A stretch of 64,000 nucleotides of DNA, taken from Chrysomallon squamiferum (taxonomy: Eukaryota > Animalia > Mollusca). Within the stretch, counting starts at the first letter, position 1; every line of letters starts with the position of its first letter. The position numbers and the translations under genes are program-made. Shown in pieces: positions 1 to 25,715 of the stretch. The notes below the pieces were generated by a model that searched no databases, had not been told where the DNA came from, and saw only the letters and a program-made list of their open reading frames with translations. The stretch covers positions 13,764,001 to 13,828,000 of the forward strand of contig CM022669.1 of NCBI GenBank assembly GCA_012295275.1. Direction: 5' to 3'.

Positions 1-457
1 TAAAACTGGTTGAACTTGCAGCTGTTCTGGTTTCTGCTGGTACTTGATAGCGTGAATTTGTAGAAACAGGCTCATTCACTGCATCAGAAACAAACCGACA
101 TCTCGGAGAAAGCCGTAAATGTTCTACTAAAGGATCGTCGTTTTTCTGCCAGTTTCTCACAGTGATACCACACGAGAAACATCGCACTCTGTCTCCTGAG
201 CCTATGTAAAAGAAACCTGCAGATGCGAAACTTTCGGGAGTTTGGGTGTAATATCTAACAGGCCATCCCACAAAAGTCTGTATTCTTGACCCGAAACTCT
301 CGTACTCCGGCCATCGTGGTTTCTGATTCGTATTACTAACCGAGTCCGCATGCGTTGCTCCGACTTCCGACATTCTGCAACCATCTTCTTCCACAAAGCA
401 AGATGTGGTTGCTTCCCTTTGATTTTGATTTTGATGATCATCTTTTGGAGATGTCAT
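1..457 (-). CDS. IAP (BIR-domain) gene copy 1, 5' part; the C-terminal portion lies beyond the window start
   Basis: Manual translation from ATG at 457 gives MTSPKDDHQNQNQREATTSCFVEEDGCRMSEV...WPEYESFGSRIQTFVGWP...AGFFYIGSGDRVRCFSCGITVRNWQKNDDPLVEHLRLSPRC, a BIR C-x2-C-x16-H-x6-C motif. The frame is open to position 1 and is closely similar to 25716..26615. Not listed in the ORF track. Confidence 0.9.
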   Translation of the reverse strand, partial: MTSPKDDHQNQNQREATTSCFVEEDGCRMSEVGATHADSVSNTNQKPRWPEYESFGSRIQTFVGWPVRYYTQTPESFASAGFFYIGSGDRVRCFSCGITVRNWQKNDDPLVEHLRLSPRCRFVSDAVNEPVSTNSRYQVPAETRTAASSTSF

Positions 458-879
458 TATAAATTTTATACACAGGAAAGAATTCCTTTTTCAAAGCTGA
501 CTTTCGAGAATTTGAAAATCTTAATGAAATTACAAGAATTAGTTTCTGTTTTTACCAAAACGTAATATGAATTTGAGTTCCATGTTCGGGAAAAGTTTTT
601 TTTTTTTTTTTTTTTAAAATCGAGATTACCTGAAAGGAACAATGGCAATGATTACAATATATAGAGTGCACAAAATGAATTTTCAGTTAGGAAGCTTGTA
701 TGTATGTGTGTGGGTGGGTGGGTGGGTGGGTGCGGGCGCATGTGTGTGTATCTGTGTGTCTGTCTATCTGCCTGTGTAATATCTGTTAACTGGTTGTTAA
801 ATTTTTTTTGTGTTCAATGTTTTAGTGTATTGCTGTTGTTTAATTATACGTATTTTATTTATTTATTTATTTATTTATT

Positions 880-1262
880 TATGGCAAACTACGTATTCTT
901 TATTATTAAAACAATTAGGCACATTAGAATTACTATGAGCAAGTCAGAATATTTATTACAATACATCGTGTTTCAATGTATATTGTCTTACATTTTATAT
1001 ATACTGATTTATAATCTTCAATTTATAACTTGCTTTTATTGTTGATTTTACTGGTCAGTGTTGTTGTTTACATCCTAGTCATCATCCTCATTTTCTTCGG
1101 CTGGAATAACTTTTTGAATAAGTTTACTTGTAATTATTTCCTCTGTTTTATTTCTCTGTGTGTTTATTACTATACATTTGTACACTATCACTTAGGATAG
1201 GAAGTGATTTCTATTTTTTATTTTAATTAGTTTTATTTATTTTATATTTATATATATATATA

Positions 1263-1303
<41 letters not shown>

Positions 1304-1431
1304 ATATATGTATATGTTTGTCTCTGCATATGTTCTGATTCAAAATATTAATATAAATAAATAAGTAAATATTGTGGATGATGATAATAATGAGCACAGT
1401 AATGAGCACACAATAATAATAATAAAAAAAA

Positions 1432-1468
<37 letters not shown>

Positions 1469-3130
1469 TGTCAAATATCGTTCTAAACATATTATTCTAA
1501 ATGGAATGCAAATATTTCCCGGTGTGACTATGTTACAATTTGTTACATTTCTAAGTTAATCATACTCAATTTCAATATGATTCATCTTCTGCGTTTTTAT
1601 TTGTTTAGCGATAATTAATATTGAAACCTCTGAAACGAAGGTAATAGTAAGCTAACGTACAACTTACTATAAACGGTGATGTTTACCTTCAAATAAAATC
1701 TTCATTTGTAATTTGAAATTCTTCCTTTCTCTTTCGTTGTGTTTACTGTAACGCATGCGTAAATCTAGTTACAAGAAAGACATTGCAGGTATTCTATTTA
1801 TTTTGTGACATTAGTATTTTAAATCGAACCGGGTTTCTTTGACTACACAATCTTCTAAGTTAGAAATCTAACGATAAACAACCACAATAATAATGATGAT
1901 GATGATGATGAATGATGATGATGCTGATGATAATGATAAACATTAATTTACACAAACCAAGATTTTAAAATCGTTATTACAACAGAGAAAAATTACTTTC
2001 TTCTACCAGTTCTAAATATATAACAAAATAACAAATATATATATTTCTTATAATATTATTTTTATTATTAATAGTTTTCTCCCACTAAAAAACGATTAGC
2101 ATATTAAAATACTTTGAATTCTTTTATGTTTCTAATCATTTAACGCTAAAGCTATTAGAATAGTTAAATTACGATGTTTAACGCTATTTATACAACTGAC
2201 GGAAAGAATAAAAAGTGTATTGCACAGATTTGTGTTAAATAAATATATTTAGATATAAATATAAGACAGAAAAGTGTATATCACCGATCTATAAGAACAT
2301 TGTGTGACTCAAAATATTTAAAAAAATAAATGTAAAGCAAGAAAAACGTTAAATATTTACAATAATTTACGTACCACAATCATTTCCCTAAGAAGTCTCT
2401 AACGTCATTACTATTTTAGGAAAATTAAAAATGGGTTTTCTTCACACGAAAATATCCTAGTCATTATTCTCATTTTCTTCGGCTGGAATAACTTTTTGAA
2501 TAAGTTTACTTGTAATTATTTCCCCTGTTTTATTTCTCTATGTGTTTATTACTATACATTTGTACACTATCACTTAGGATAGGAAGTGATTTCTATAAGA
2601 ACATTGTGTGACTCAAAATATTTAAAAAAATAAATGTAAAGCAAGAAAAACGTTAAATATTGACAATAATTTACGTACCACAATCATTTCCCTAAGAAGT
2701 CTCTAACGTCATTACTATTTTAGGAAAATTAAAAATGGGTTTTCTTCACATGAAAATAAATTCTATACGTGCCCATCAAGTAACTGTATATATTTTATTT
2801 ATTGATTGATTTACTGATTTTTTGCAAACTACGTATTCTTTATTATTAAAACGATTAGGCAAATTAGAATTACTGCGGTTAAGTCAGAATATTTATTACA
2901 ATACATCATGTTTAAATTTGTCTTATATTTGTCTTATTTTATATATACTGATTTATAATTTTATTGTTGATTTTATTGGTCATGCTTATTCCAATTCTCG
3001 TTCTCGCTGGATTAACTTTATTAACAAACTTTACATGTATTTATTTACTTTATTTTATTTCTCTGTGTGTTTATAAGTATACATTTGTACATTATCACTT
3101 AGCATAGGAAGTGATTTCTATTTATTATTA

Positions 3131-3168
<38 letters not shown>

Positions 3169-3371
3169 ATATATGTTTTTCTCTCCACATGTTCTGATTC
3201 AAAGTATCAGTCTAAATAAATAAATAAATAGTGTGGATGATGATAATAATGATGACGATAATGATGAGCACTATAATAATGACAATAATAATAATAATAG
3301 TATTAACAACAACACTAACAATAATAAGAATAACAATATAATAATAACAACAACAACAATAATGATAATAA

Positions 3372-3436
<65 letters not shown>

Positions 3437-3553
3437 TGTCAAATATCGTTCTAAGCGGATTATTATAACTGAAACGCAAATATTTCCGGGAGTAACTTTG
3501 TTCTAAGTTAATCATTTTCAGTTTCAGAATGATGCATCTACTGCTTTTCTTTT

Positions 3554-3589
<36 letters not shown>

Positions 3590-4400
3590 CGATAATCAGT
3601 GTTGAAACCTATGAATCTATAAACTATAAACGGCGATGTTTAACTTCGTACATAAATTTTCAGTTGTGATTTGAAATTCGTCCTTTTCTTTCGTTGTGTT
3701 TACAGTAACGCATGCGCACAACCTTGTTACCAGGAAGCCATTCCATTTACTTTGTGACATTGCAAGTTTAAATCGAAACGCTTTTCCTTGTCTACACAGT
3801 CAGCTAACTAATTGAAATCTAACGATAAACGATAATAATGATGATGATGATGATGATATTGAATGATGATGATAACATTAATTTACACAAACCTACATTT
3901 TAAAATTGTTATTATATCAGAACAAATTATTTTCTTCTACAAGTTCTAAATGTGCAACAAAATAACAAATATATATTTACTCTTTATTATTTTATTATTA
4001 ATAGTTTACGAAGATTAACGCTAATTTATAATACTGACAGAAATAATAAAAAGTGTATTGCACAGGCTTGTGTTAAATAAATGTTATGTTTTATATATAT
4101 ATATCTTTTATTTAACAAGGTAATGTCACATATGTTTATATAAATATATATAAGACAGAAAAGTGCATATCACTGGACTACTGCAACTTCAGGTGTCAGA
4201 AATAAAAGTGATCCGGAAATACCGATCTGTAAAAACACTGTGCTACTAAAAATAGTTTAAACATAAATGTAAAACAACAAAAACATTAAATACTGACAAT
4301 AATTTACGTACCAGAATCATTTTTGCAAGTTCTTACTCCATTACTATTATTAGTATATAAAAATGGGTTTCCCCACGCTAAAAATAGACTCTGAGGCACG
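880..4400. repeat. Internal duplication of the IAP upstream (5' non-coding) block
   Basis: ~880-2450 and ~2820-4380 are diverged copies of each other and of 14690-16290. Segment 2452-2750 repeats 1071-1214 joined directly to 2289-2450. Confidence 0.8.
4365..4374 (-). promoter_or_regulatory. Candidate Rel/NF-kB site (GGGGAAACCC) upstream of IAP copy 1
   Basis: Plus strand reads GGGTTTCCCC, with a CRE-like CACGTCA ~25 nt away. Same position as the sites at 16270 and 28617. Confidence 0.4.
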
Positions 4401-4780
4401 TCATCAGTCAAGTGATTTTCGTACGATGTCCAGCTTTAAATATTAATCAGATAAACTGAGACATATAAACAAAATGAATAGTCTGTCTCTGTCTTGTTTT
4501 TCAAATTTATTTTCAAGTAAAAATTAGGTTATGCCATTTGCAGTTACGGTTACAAATGAATAGCGATGATTAAACAAAAGGGCCGTAACTCTACTCCATC
4601 GGATTAAATGTTTATAATGTTTTTCTGTTTCATTCTCGGCTGTTGGGGAGTTTTGTAGATGAGACATTGTGTTTACGAATACATTTGCTGTAAGGATTGA
4701 ATCGATCTGGCTTTGTGACACACTCATGAATATTTGTTTAATATTACTTTTTCTTTTCTTTCTTTCTTTCCATTAATACC

Positions 4781-4846
<66 letters not shown>

Positions 4847-4848
4847 GC

Positions 4849-4884
<36 letters not shown>

Positions 4885-5603
4885 GTTAAAATGTATTGAT
4901 AATCATGATAATTTAAGAAGGAAAATCTTTTTAAAGAACAAAGGTAAAACATCCTCAACATTTTATTCCTTCCATCCACTCCTTTTATTACTTAGCATAG
5001 CAAGAGAATTTTTATTTATTTGTTTATTTTTTATTTTTTTTTTTTTCTTAATAAACATTTTTCAAATAAAAGAAAAACTCAATTCTCAGTATTTGACAAG
5101 CCGTTCGAAATAATCAGTAGGATTGGGAAAAAGCAAAATTCGCGATTTTTGAAGTTTTCTCCAGCTTCGAGAGAATGTCTACATGTTTATCTGCTCTAAT
5201 TATTTTATTTTCTTAATCTTAATCTTCGTCTTCATCTTCTTCGTTTTTGACTTCTTCTTTTTTTTTTTTTTTTTTTTTTTTTTATTTAGAAATAACTAAA
5301 TAAATAAACAAATAAATAAATAAATAAATATTACGTCTGCCTTTTAATAATCATATAATTATAATTAAAACAGTTACTGGAATCTTTTCATTTTCAGAAT
5401 AGATACCTACAAATAACAAATATTATAACAAATTATGCCGCACATTTTCCATCATTATTTAAATTATAAACTATAGTTATCACACTAATAATTTAAGAAA
5501 TCATTTATATAATTAAGCTCCACGAAAGTAAAGTAGTTGTCTCCGCAGAAATATACAAATAATCCAGGTGAAACATTTTTAAATGAAACGTCCAGGCATA
5601 TTG

Positions 5604-11451
<5,848 letters not shown>

Positions 11452-12188
11452 TTTGGTTTTTCAGATTTTATTCTGAGAAAAAAAAAATTAAAATTGTAAT
11501 AATAATAAAAAAAAAAAAGACGAAGACGAAGACGAAGAAAAGAAAAACAAAAAAAAAAAACAGAAGAAAAAATAAAACAGAAAAGAAAAGAAAGAAAGAA
11601 AGAAAATAAATAAATAAATAAATAAATAATGTCGCCTATGATTTAATCACCTTTGTTATTTCGTTAAAATATACGTTGCATACTTCAGAGTTTATCATAC
11701 AAAATAATTATTACATACATACATACATACATACATAAATAAATACATACATACATACATACATACATACATAAACACAGTTGTACACTTTCAATCGTTA
11801 CAGTTATGATATGTTAATATCAGGAGAAAGCTGAAGACGATGATAAACCTGTCTTCTTTGGTCTACTTGTTCAAAAAACTTGTTAAAGATACATATGAGT
11901 CGACTTAGTATTAATTAACATACACATAAAAAAGAAAGATTTAATTTGTTAATACATACCCCAAAACATGCATCAGCGAAACAGGAATGCTGTCGCACAC
12001 TGAAAGGCCATAATGAACAGGGATCGAGTATTAGACTAGAGCTTTTGTTGTTGTAAGTAGACACGTGATTAGCAAGTCGACTCTGTCACTTTCAATGTCG
12101 GAGAAATAATCACTTCTGCAGATCCATCTGGTTTTATTGTTCTTTTTCTTAACGGATGATGATTAAGATGATGATGATGGTGATTATA

Positions 12189-12239
<51 letters not shown>

Positions 12240-12651
12240 TATGTCACCTAAGTCTAGGATTATTTAAAAACTATGATAAATATGTTTCAGTCACCGTATT
12301 ATGGCAAAGAGTTATGCTCGTAAAATAAACATTTTTTTTTTTTTACATGTTTTCGCCCGGTCGGATGTTACTGGATGTTTGTAGTGGATTAACCCGCTTA
12401 ATATTGTTTTGCTGTGCAACATTACACCAGCGCTCTAATTTATGGTTATTTATTTAACCTTCTTTCTTTTGCTTAATTAATAATAATTAGTGTAGTGGCG
12501 TTCTTATAACAGTATATCTATGTGAGTTACGATTCGAAGCAAGAAAGTCTGTACATAACGATGCACGACAAATACAATTATCAATAATATAAAGGATCGA
12601 AACCATTTCAACATTTCTATAAGTCGTGTTTTATTATTTCTTTAATATTAG

Positions 12652-12747
12652 GTATTTCAGCGACGGACAGACGGGTCGGAAGACTTTTCAGAACTTGGAA
12701 TGAATACAGAGACGGATTTGGAAATTTAACAAACGAATTATTGCTGG
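12652..12747 (+). pseudogene. Orphan, frameshifted copy of FReD exon 3
   Basis: TTAG|GTATTTCAGCGACGGACAGACGGGTCGGAAGAC...GGATTTGGAAATTTAACAAACGAA...CTGG|GT matches 44908-45004 ([11 protein letters not shown]...). It is 96 nt versus 97 nt. Confidence 0.88.
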
Positions 12748-12813
12748 GTTTGTAACTGAAGACTAATGTGAAACGAAATCTTAAAGTAACTAATGTGTAA
12801 AAATAACATACAT

Positions 12814-12906
<93 letters not shown>

Positions 12907-13123
12907 GATTACGGAGAAATAAAAATTAGAAGAAAATTCTAATGTATATATTTTGTTTTTTCTTATGTGTTGATGTGTATATATACGTATGTATGTATGT
13001 AGATGTGTGTTTAAATGTATGGGTTTGGGTGTGTGTATGTGTATCGGTATATGGTCCTGATTCAGTATTACAGTTATTTAAACCGAAAAATAAATAAATG
13101 AAAATATTTGTTAGGAATAATAA

Positions 13124-13166
<43 letters not shown>

Positions 13167-13270
13167 ACAAAAAATAAATAAAATAAAATTTCAGTTGTCT
13201 CCCTTTGACTGTTTTTCAACCTTTTATTTGTTATTTTTTTCTTTTTTTTTATTTTTTTTTTTTTTCTTTT

Positions 13271-14375
13271 TGACAAGTATGTTCTCACTGTTCCCAGTAT
13301 GCAGAGGCCACAAGAAAAACACGATTTCGTTTTATTAACACAAGCTTCGCAACTCGATATGTGGCCGCAAGGAAGACATAAGATAACCGCTTCGCTGTTA
13401 CATTTTTTACATTTGGGCTTTCCTGTTCGTCGAGACTCTCATTTTTCACCTTTCAAAGCCGAATTTTTCTCAGTTGTCGATTTTTCACAAGAATCTCTTT
13501 CCGATTTACCACCAGAGTTAGAGGTGTTGTGCCCTCCGTTCTATCAATACATTTCTATTTCATGCAGTCGCCACAAGAAAAACACGATTTCGTTTTATTA
13601 ACACAAGCTTCGCAACTCGATATGTGGCCACAAGGAAAACATAAGATAACCGCTTCGCTGTTTAAAAGACATTTGCTTTCAAAGCCGAATTTTTCTGATT
13701 TGTCGATTTTTCACAAGAATCTCTTTGCGTTTTACCACCAGAGTTAAGAGGTGTTGTGCCCTCCGTTTATACATCCACATTTTCATTTGCTATATTCAGC
13801 CGTATTTTCATTATTTTTTCTACAATCTTGGCAACATTATTTTTGTTGTTTTCATTTATTACTTTTCTTATCTCGACCTCGGTGAATCCCATCTTAATGA
13901 CGGTCTGCACGTAACTGCTGTTAGGATTAAAACTGGTTGAACTTGCAGCTGTTCTGGTTTCTGCTGGTACTAGGTAGCGTGAACTGGTAGAAGCAGGATC
14001 ATTCACTGCATCAGAAACAAACCGACATCTCGGAGAAAGCCGTAAATGTTCTACTAAAGGATTGTCGTTTTTCTGCCAGTTTCTCACAGTGATACCACAC
14101 GAAAAACATCGCACTCTGTCTCCTGAGCCTATGTAAAAGAAACCTGCAGATGCGAAACTTTCGGGAGTCTGGGTGTAACATTTAACAGGCCATCCCACAA
14201 AAGTCTGTATTCTTGATCCGAAACTCTCGTACTCCGGCCAGCGTGGTTTCTGATTCGTATTACTAATCGAGCCCGCATGCGTTGCTCCGACTTCTGTCAT
14301 TCTGCAATCGTCTTTTTCTTCTTCGTCAAAGCAAGATGTGGTTGCTTCCCTTCGATCATATTTTGAAGAGCCCAT
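13271..14375 (-). pseudogene. IAP copy 2 (BIR-UBA-RING), disrupted by an indel-rich internal duplication
   Basis: The ORF 13767..14375 encodes BIR plus the MGF UBA-like motif, then stops. 13562-13770 is a degraded linker/RING copy. 13271-13545 is a clean linker-RING (CKKC..CGH..CEAC..CFSC..TVRTYLS). Confidence 0.8.
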
Positions 14376-15291
14376 TATAAATTTTACACAAGGAAGAATA
14401 CCTTTCTCAGTGTTGACGTTCGAAGACTGGTAATAAGCAAAAATATCGGTGCTTGGAGAAGTTGTAAATGTTAAGGAAATTATAAAAATTGCTTTCAGTT
14501 TTTACGAAAACGTAACTGTACGATGTTCGGAGAATTGTGTTCTTTTTAAAATCGAGATTACCTGAAAGGAACGATAGCAATGATAACTAGATATAGACTG
14601 CACAATATGAATTCTCAGTTAGGAAGCTTACGTGAATGTATGTGTGTGAGTGTGTGCGTGCGCGCACGCGTGTTTGTCTATCTATCTGAGGCAAATTAGA
14701 ATTACTGTGTACTGTCTTACATTTTATATATGCTGATATATAATCTTCAGTTTAAAGTTTTTATTGTTGATTTTATTGGTCATGCTATTGTTTTTATTCA
14801 AATTATCATCTTCATCTTTTTCAAGTGGATTAACTTTTTTAGCAAAGTTTACTTGTATTTATTTACTCAATTTTATTTCTCTGTGTGTTTATTAGCATAC
14901 ATTATATACTATATCTACGTCTTTGGATATGTTCTGATTCAGAGTATTAATATAAATAAATAAATACATATTGTGATGAAGATAATAATGATGACTATAA
15001 TAATGAGTACAATAATAATAATAACAATAACAACATCAATAACAACAACAACAACAACAACAACAATAATAATAATAATAGCAACAGTAATAAGAACAAC
15101 AACAACAACAACAATAATATGTAAAATATCGTTCTAAACAGATTATTCTAACTGGAACGCAGATATTTCCGGGAGTAACTATGTTACAAAAATGTCACGT
15201 TTCTAAGTTAATTATAATGAATTTCAGCATGATGCCTCTTATGCGGTTAATTTTTTTTTTTTTTGGGGGGGGGGTATTTTATTTATTTATT

Positions 15292-15331
<40 letters not shown>

Positions 15332-16269
15332 GTGACTTTTTTTTTTTAGCGATAATTGATGTTGAAATCTCTGAACCGAAGGTAATAGTAAGCTAACGTA
15401 AATATTACTATAAACGGCGATGTTTGCCTTAATATAAAATTTTCAGTTGTGATTTGAAATTCTTCCTTTTCATAACCAGAAGACATATTTAGATTGTAGA
15501 CATTCTATTTATTTTGTGACATTGGAAGTTTAAATCGAAACGGTTTTCCTTGTCTACATAATCTGCTAACTGTTAGAAATCTAACGATGAAAACCAAAAT
15601 AATGATGATAAACATTAATTTACACAAACCTACATTTTAAAATCGTTATTACATTAGAGAAAAATTACTTTCTTCTACCAGTTCTAAATGTGTAACAAAA
15701 TAACGAATATATATATATATATACACACATTCTATTATTATTTTTATTATTAATAGTTTTCCCCCATTAAGAAACAATCAGCAGATTAAAATGCTCTGAA
15801 TTCTTTTATGTTTCTAATCATTTACCGCTAAAATAAACGTGATGTTTTTATATATATATATATATATATATTATACATATGTATATATGTGAAATAAACG
15901 TGATGTTTATGTATATATATATATACATAAACATCATGTTTATTTTACACGAGCCTGTGCAGTACACTTTTTTATTATTTACGTCAGTTTTATAAATAGC
16001 GTTAAACCTTGTAATTTAACTATTCTAATAACTTTAGTGGTATATATATATATAGAAAAGACAGAAAAGTGTATATCACTGTAGTACTGCAACTTCGGGT
16101 GTCAGAAATAAAAGCGATCCAGGAATACCGATCTATAAAAACACTGCGGCTCAAAATATTTTAAAAAATAAATGTAAAGCAACAAAAACATTAAATATTG
16201 ACAATAATTTACGTACCATAATCATTTCTCAATGGGTTTTTGCTTCATTACTATTATTAGAATGAAAAT

Positions 16270-16279
16270 GGGTTTTCCC
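16270..16279 (-). promoter_or_regulatory. Candidate Rel/NF-kB site GGGAAAACCC ~1.9 kb upstream of the IAP copy 2 ATG
   Basis: Plus strand reads GGGTTTTCCC, with CACGTCA at 16301. Confidence 0.45.
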
Positions 16280-17349
16280 AACTGAAAATAAACTGGGTAA
16301 CACGTCAGGAAACTGTCATATGATCTCTAATTAAAATATTTTATTCAGATAAACTGAGAGATAAAAACAAAATGAATAGTCTGTCTCTGTTTTTTTATTT
16401 TTTATTTTTTTTTTCAAATTTATTTTCAAATAAAAATTAAGTTATGCCATTTGCAATTACGGTCACAAATGAATAGCGATGATAAACAAAAGGGCCGTAA
16501 CTCTACTCCGTCGGATTAAATGTTTATAATGTTTTTCTGTTTCATTCTCGGCTGTTGGGGAGTTTTGTAGATGAGACATTGTGTTTACGAATACATTTGC
16601 TGTAAGGATTAAATCGATCTGGCTTTGTGACACACTCATGAATATTTGTTTAATATTACTTTTTCTTTTCTTTCTTTCTTTCCATTAATACCGTTATTAT
16701 TATTGTTGTTGTTGTGTTATGATGTATTTATAATGATGATAATTTAAGAGTGAAAATATTTTTAAAAAACAAAGATAAAAAGTGCTCAACCTAATTTATT
16801 CATTCCATCGACTTTTTTTATCAATTAGCAAAAACAAGAGATTTGTTGGTATTTTATTTTTTTTTTTTTTTTTTCATCAAGTTTTTGTATTATTTTTTCA
16901 ACGGTGTTGATGTAAGTATTAATTATGCCCAACAGGATACAAAAATAACTTCAAAGTAATTTTAATTTAGGATAAAATAACAATTAGTAAACGTAATTAA
17001 TCGCTTCTGACACACACGCGAACAAAGAAACAAAAAACAAAAACAAAAAAATAAATAAATAAATAAATAAATAAATATTACGTCTGTCTTTTAATAATCA
17101 TGTAATTATAATTAAAGCAGTCACTGGGATCATTTTTTTTTCAGAATAGATACTACAAATAACAAATATTATAATAAATTATGCCGCACATTTTCCATCA
17201 TTATTTAAATTATAAACTATAATTATCACACTAATAATTTAAGAAATCATTTATATAATTAAGCTCCACGAAAGTAAAGTAGTTGTCTCCGCAGATATAT
17301 ACAAATAATCCAGGTGAAACATTTTTAAATGAAACGTCCAGGCATATTG

Positions 17350-17552
17350 CTAATTAGCATCACCGTTTGACGTTTGTTTTTTCCTGTTCCAGACAACAAC
17401 TTCTTTGATTGTCTGAGGCAGAGGTCGCTTGTGCGTCTCCGGTAACAGCAGCACTAAAATTCCACCAACAGCATTGCCAACGGCAAATGTTATTAATGGA
17501 ATCTGAATGTTTGTCTTGGCCTGCAAATAAATAAATAAATATATTTATATTC

Positions 17553-17641
<89 letters not shown>

Positions 17642-17799
17642 ATGAGGGAAAGAGAGAGCGACAGACAGACAGACAGACAGATCTGAAAGAATAAAGGAAT
17701 GTTCATTCAATATATTTTATACTTACGGCGTACACAACAATTGGAGCAAAAATGCCTCCAATATTTTCAAAAAACGACGCCATTCCTAAAGCGTGATTC
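17350..17799 (-). other. Extra intact copy of SLC22 terminal exons 8 (17727-17799) and 9 (17350-17520)
   Basis: Both exons keep splice sites, frame and TAG stop. They lie just downstream of the terminal exon of copy 2. Confidence 0.88.
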
Positions 17800-17881
17800 C
17801 TGGAATAAAATGAAACAACGTTTGAAAAATGGGGAAAGAAAAATAATAATAATAATAATAATGCTTAAAAATTTTTATTTC

Positions 17882-17912
<31 letters not shown>

Positions 17913-18201
17913 GCAAAAACTAAATAAATAAACAAACAAATAAATATTACGTCTGCCTTTTAATAATCATATAATTATAATTAAAACAGTTACTGGAATC
18001 TTTTCATTTTCAGAATAGATACCTACAAATAACAAATATTATAACAAATTATGCCGCACATTTTCCATCATTATTTAAATTATAAACTATAGTTATCACA
18101 CTAATAATTTAAGAAATTTTAAAATATGTAAGCTCCACGAAAGTAAAGTAGTTGTCTCCGCAGTTATATACAAATAATCCAGGTGAAACATTTTCATATT
18201 G

Positions 18202-24085
<5,884 letters not shown>

Positions 24086-24309
24086 TTTGGTTTTTCAGAT
24101 TTTATTCTGAGAAAAAAAAAAAAAAAAATAGTAATAATAAAAAAAAAAAAAATACGAAGACGAAGAAAAGAAAAACAAAAAACACTAGAAAAGAAAGAAA
24201 GAAAGAAAATAAATAAATAAATAAATAATGTCGCCTATGATTTAATCATCTTTGTTATTTCGTTAAAATATACGTTGCATACTTCAGAGTTTATCATACA
24301 AAGTAATTA

Positions 24310-24340
<31 letters not shown>

Positions 24341-24752
24341 AACACAGTTGTACACTTTCAATCGTTACAGTTATGATATGTTAATATCAGGTGAAAGCTG
24401 AAGACGATGATAAACCTGTCTTCTTTGGTCTACTTGTTCAAAAAACTTGTTAAAGATATATATGAGTCGATTTAGTATTAATTAACATACAAATAAAAAA
24501 GAAAGATTTAATTTGTTAATACATACCCAAAAACAGACATCAGCGAAACAGGAATGCTGTCGCACACTGAAAGGCCATAATGAACAGGGATCGAGTATTA
24601 GACTAGAGCTTTTGTTGTTGTAAGTAGACACGTGATAAGCAAGTCGACTCTGTCACTTTCAGTGGAGGAGAAATCACCACTTCTGCAGATCCATCTGGTT
24701 TTATTGTTCTTTTTCTTAACGGATGATGATTAAGATGATGATGATGGTGATA

Positions 24753-24821
<69 letters not shown>

Positions 24822-25236
24822 TATGTCACCTAAGTCTAGGATTATTTAAAAAATATGATAAATATGTTTCAGTCACCGTATTATGGCAAAGAGTTATGCT
24901 CGTAAAATAAACATTTTTTTTTTTACATGTTTTCGCCCGGTCGGATGTTACTGGATGTTTGTAGTGGATTAACCCGCTTAATATTGTTTTGCTGTGCAAC
25001 ATTACACCAGCGCTCTAATTTATGATTATTTATTTAACCTTCTTTCTTTTGCTTTATTAATAATAATTAGTGTAGTGGCGTTCTTATAACAGTATATCTA
25101 TGTGAGTTACGATTCGAAGCAAGAAAGTCTGTATATAACGATGCACGACAAATACAATTATCAATAATATAAAGGGTCGAAATTACACCATTTCAACATT
25201 TCTATAAGTCGTGTTTTATTATTTCTTTAATATTAG

Positions 25237-25282
25237 GTATTTCAGCGACAGACAGACGGGTCGGAAGAATACAGAGACAGAT
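25237..25282 (+). pseudogene. Further-deleted orphan copy of FReD exon 3
   Basis: GTATTTCAGCGACAGACAGACGGGTCGGAAGA is joined to ATACAGAGAC. Same position relative to IAP copy 3 as 12652 is to IAP copy 2. Confidence 0.8.
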
Positions 25283-25315
25283 TAATGTGTAAAAATGACA
25301 TAAATAATAATAATA

Positions 25316-25399
<84 letters not shown>

Positions 25400-25616
25400 G
25401 ATTACGGAGAAATAAAAATTAGAAGAAAATTCTAATGTATATATTTTGTTTTTTCTTATGTGTTGATGTGTATATATACGTATGTATGTATGTAGATGTG
25501 TGTTTAAATGTATGGGTTTGGGTGTGTGTATGTGTATCGGTATATGGTCCTGATTCATTATTACAGTTATTTAAACCGAAAAATAAATAAATGAAAATAT
25601 TTGTTAGGAATAATAA

Positions 25617-25651
<35 letters not shown>

Positions 25652-25715
25652 ACAAAAAATAAATAAAATAAAATTTCAGTTGTCTCCCTTTGACTGTTTT
25701 TCAACCTTTTATTTG

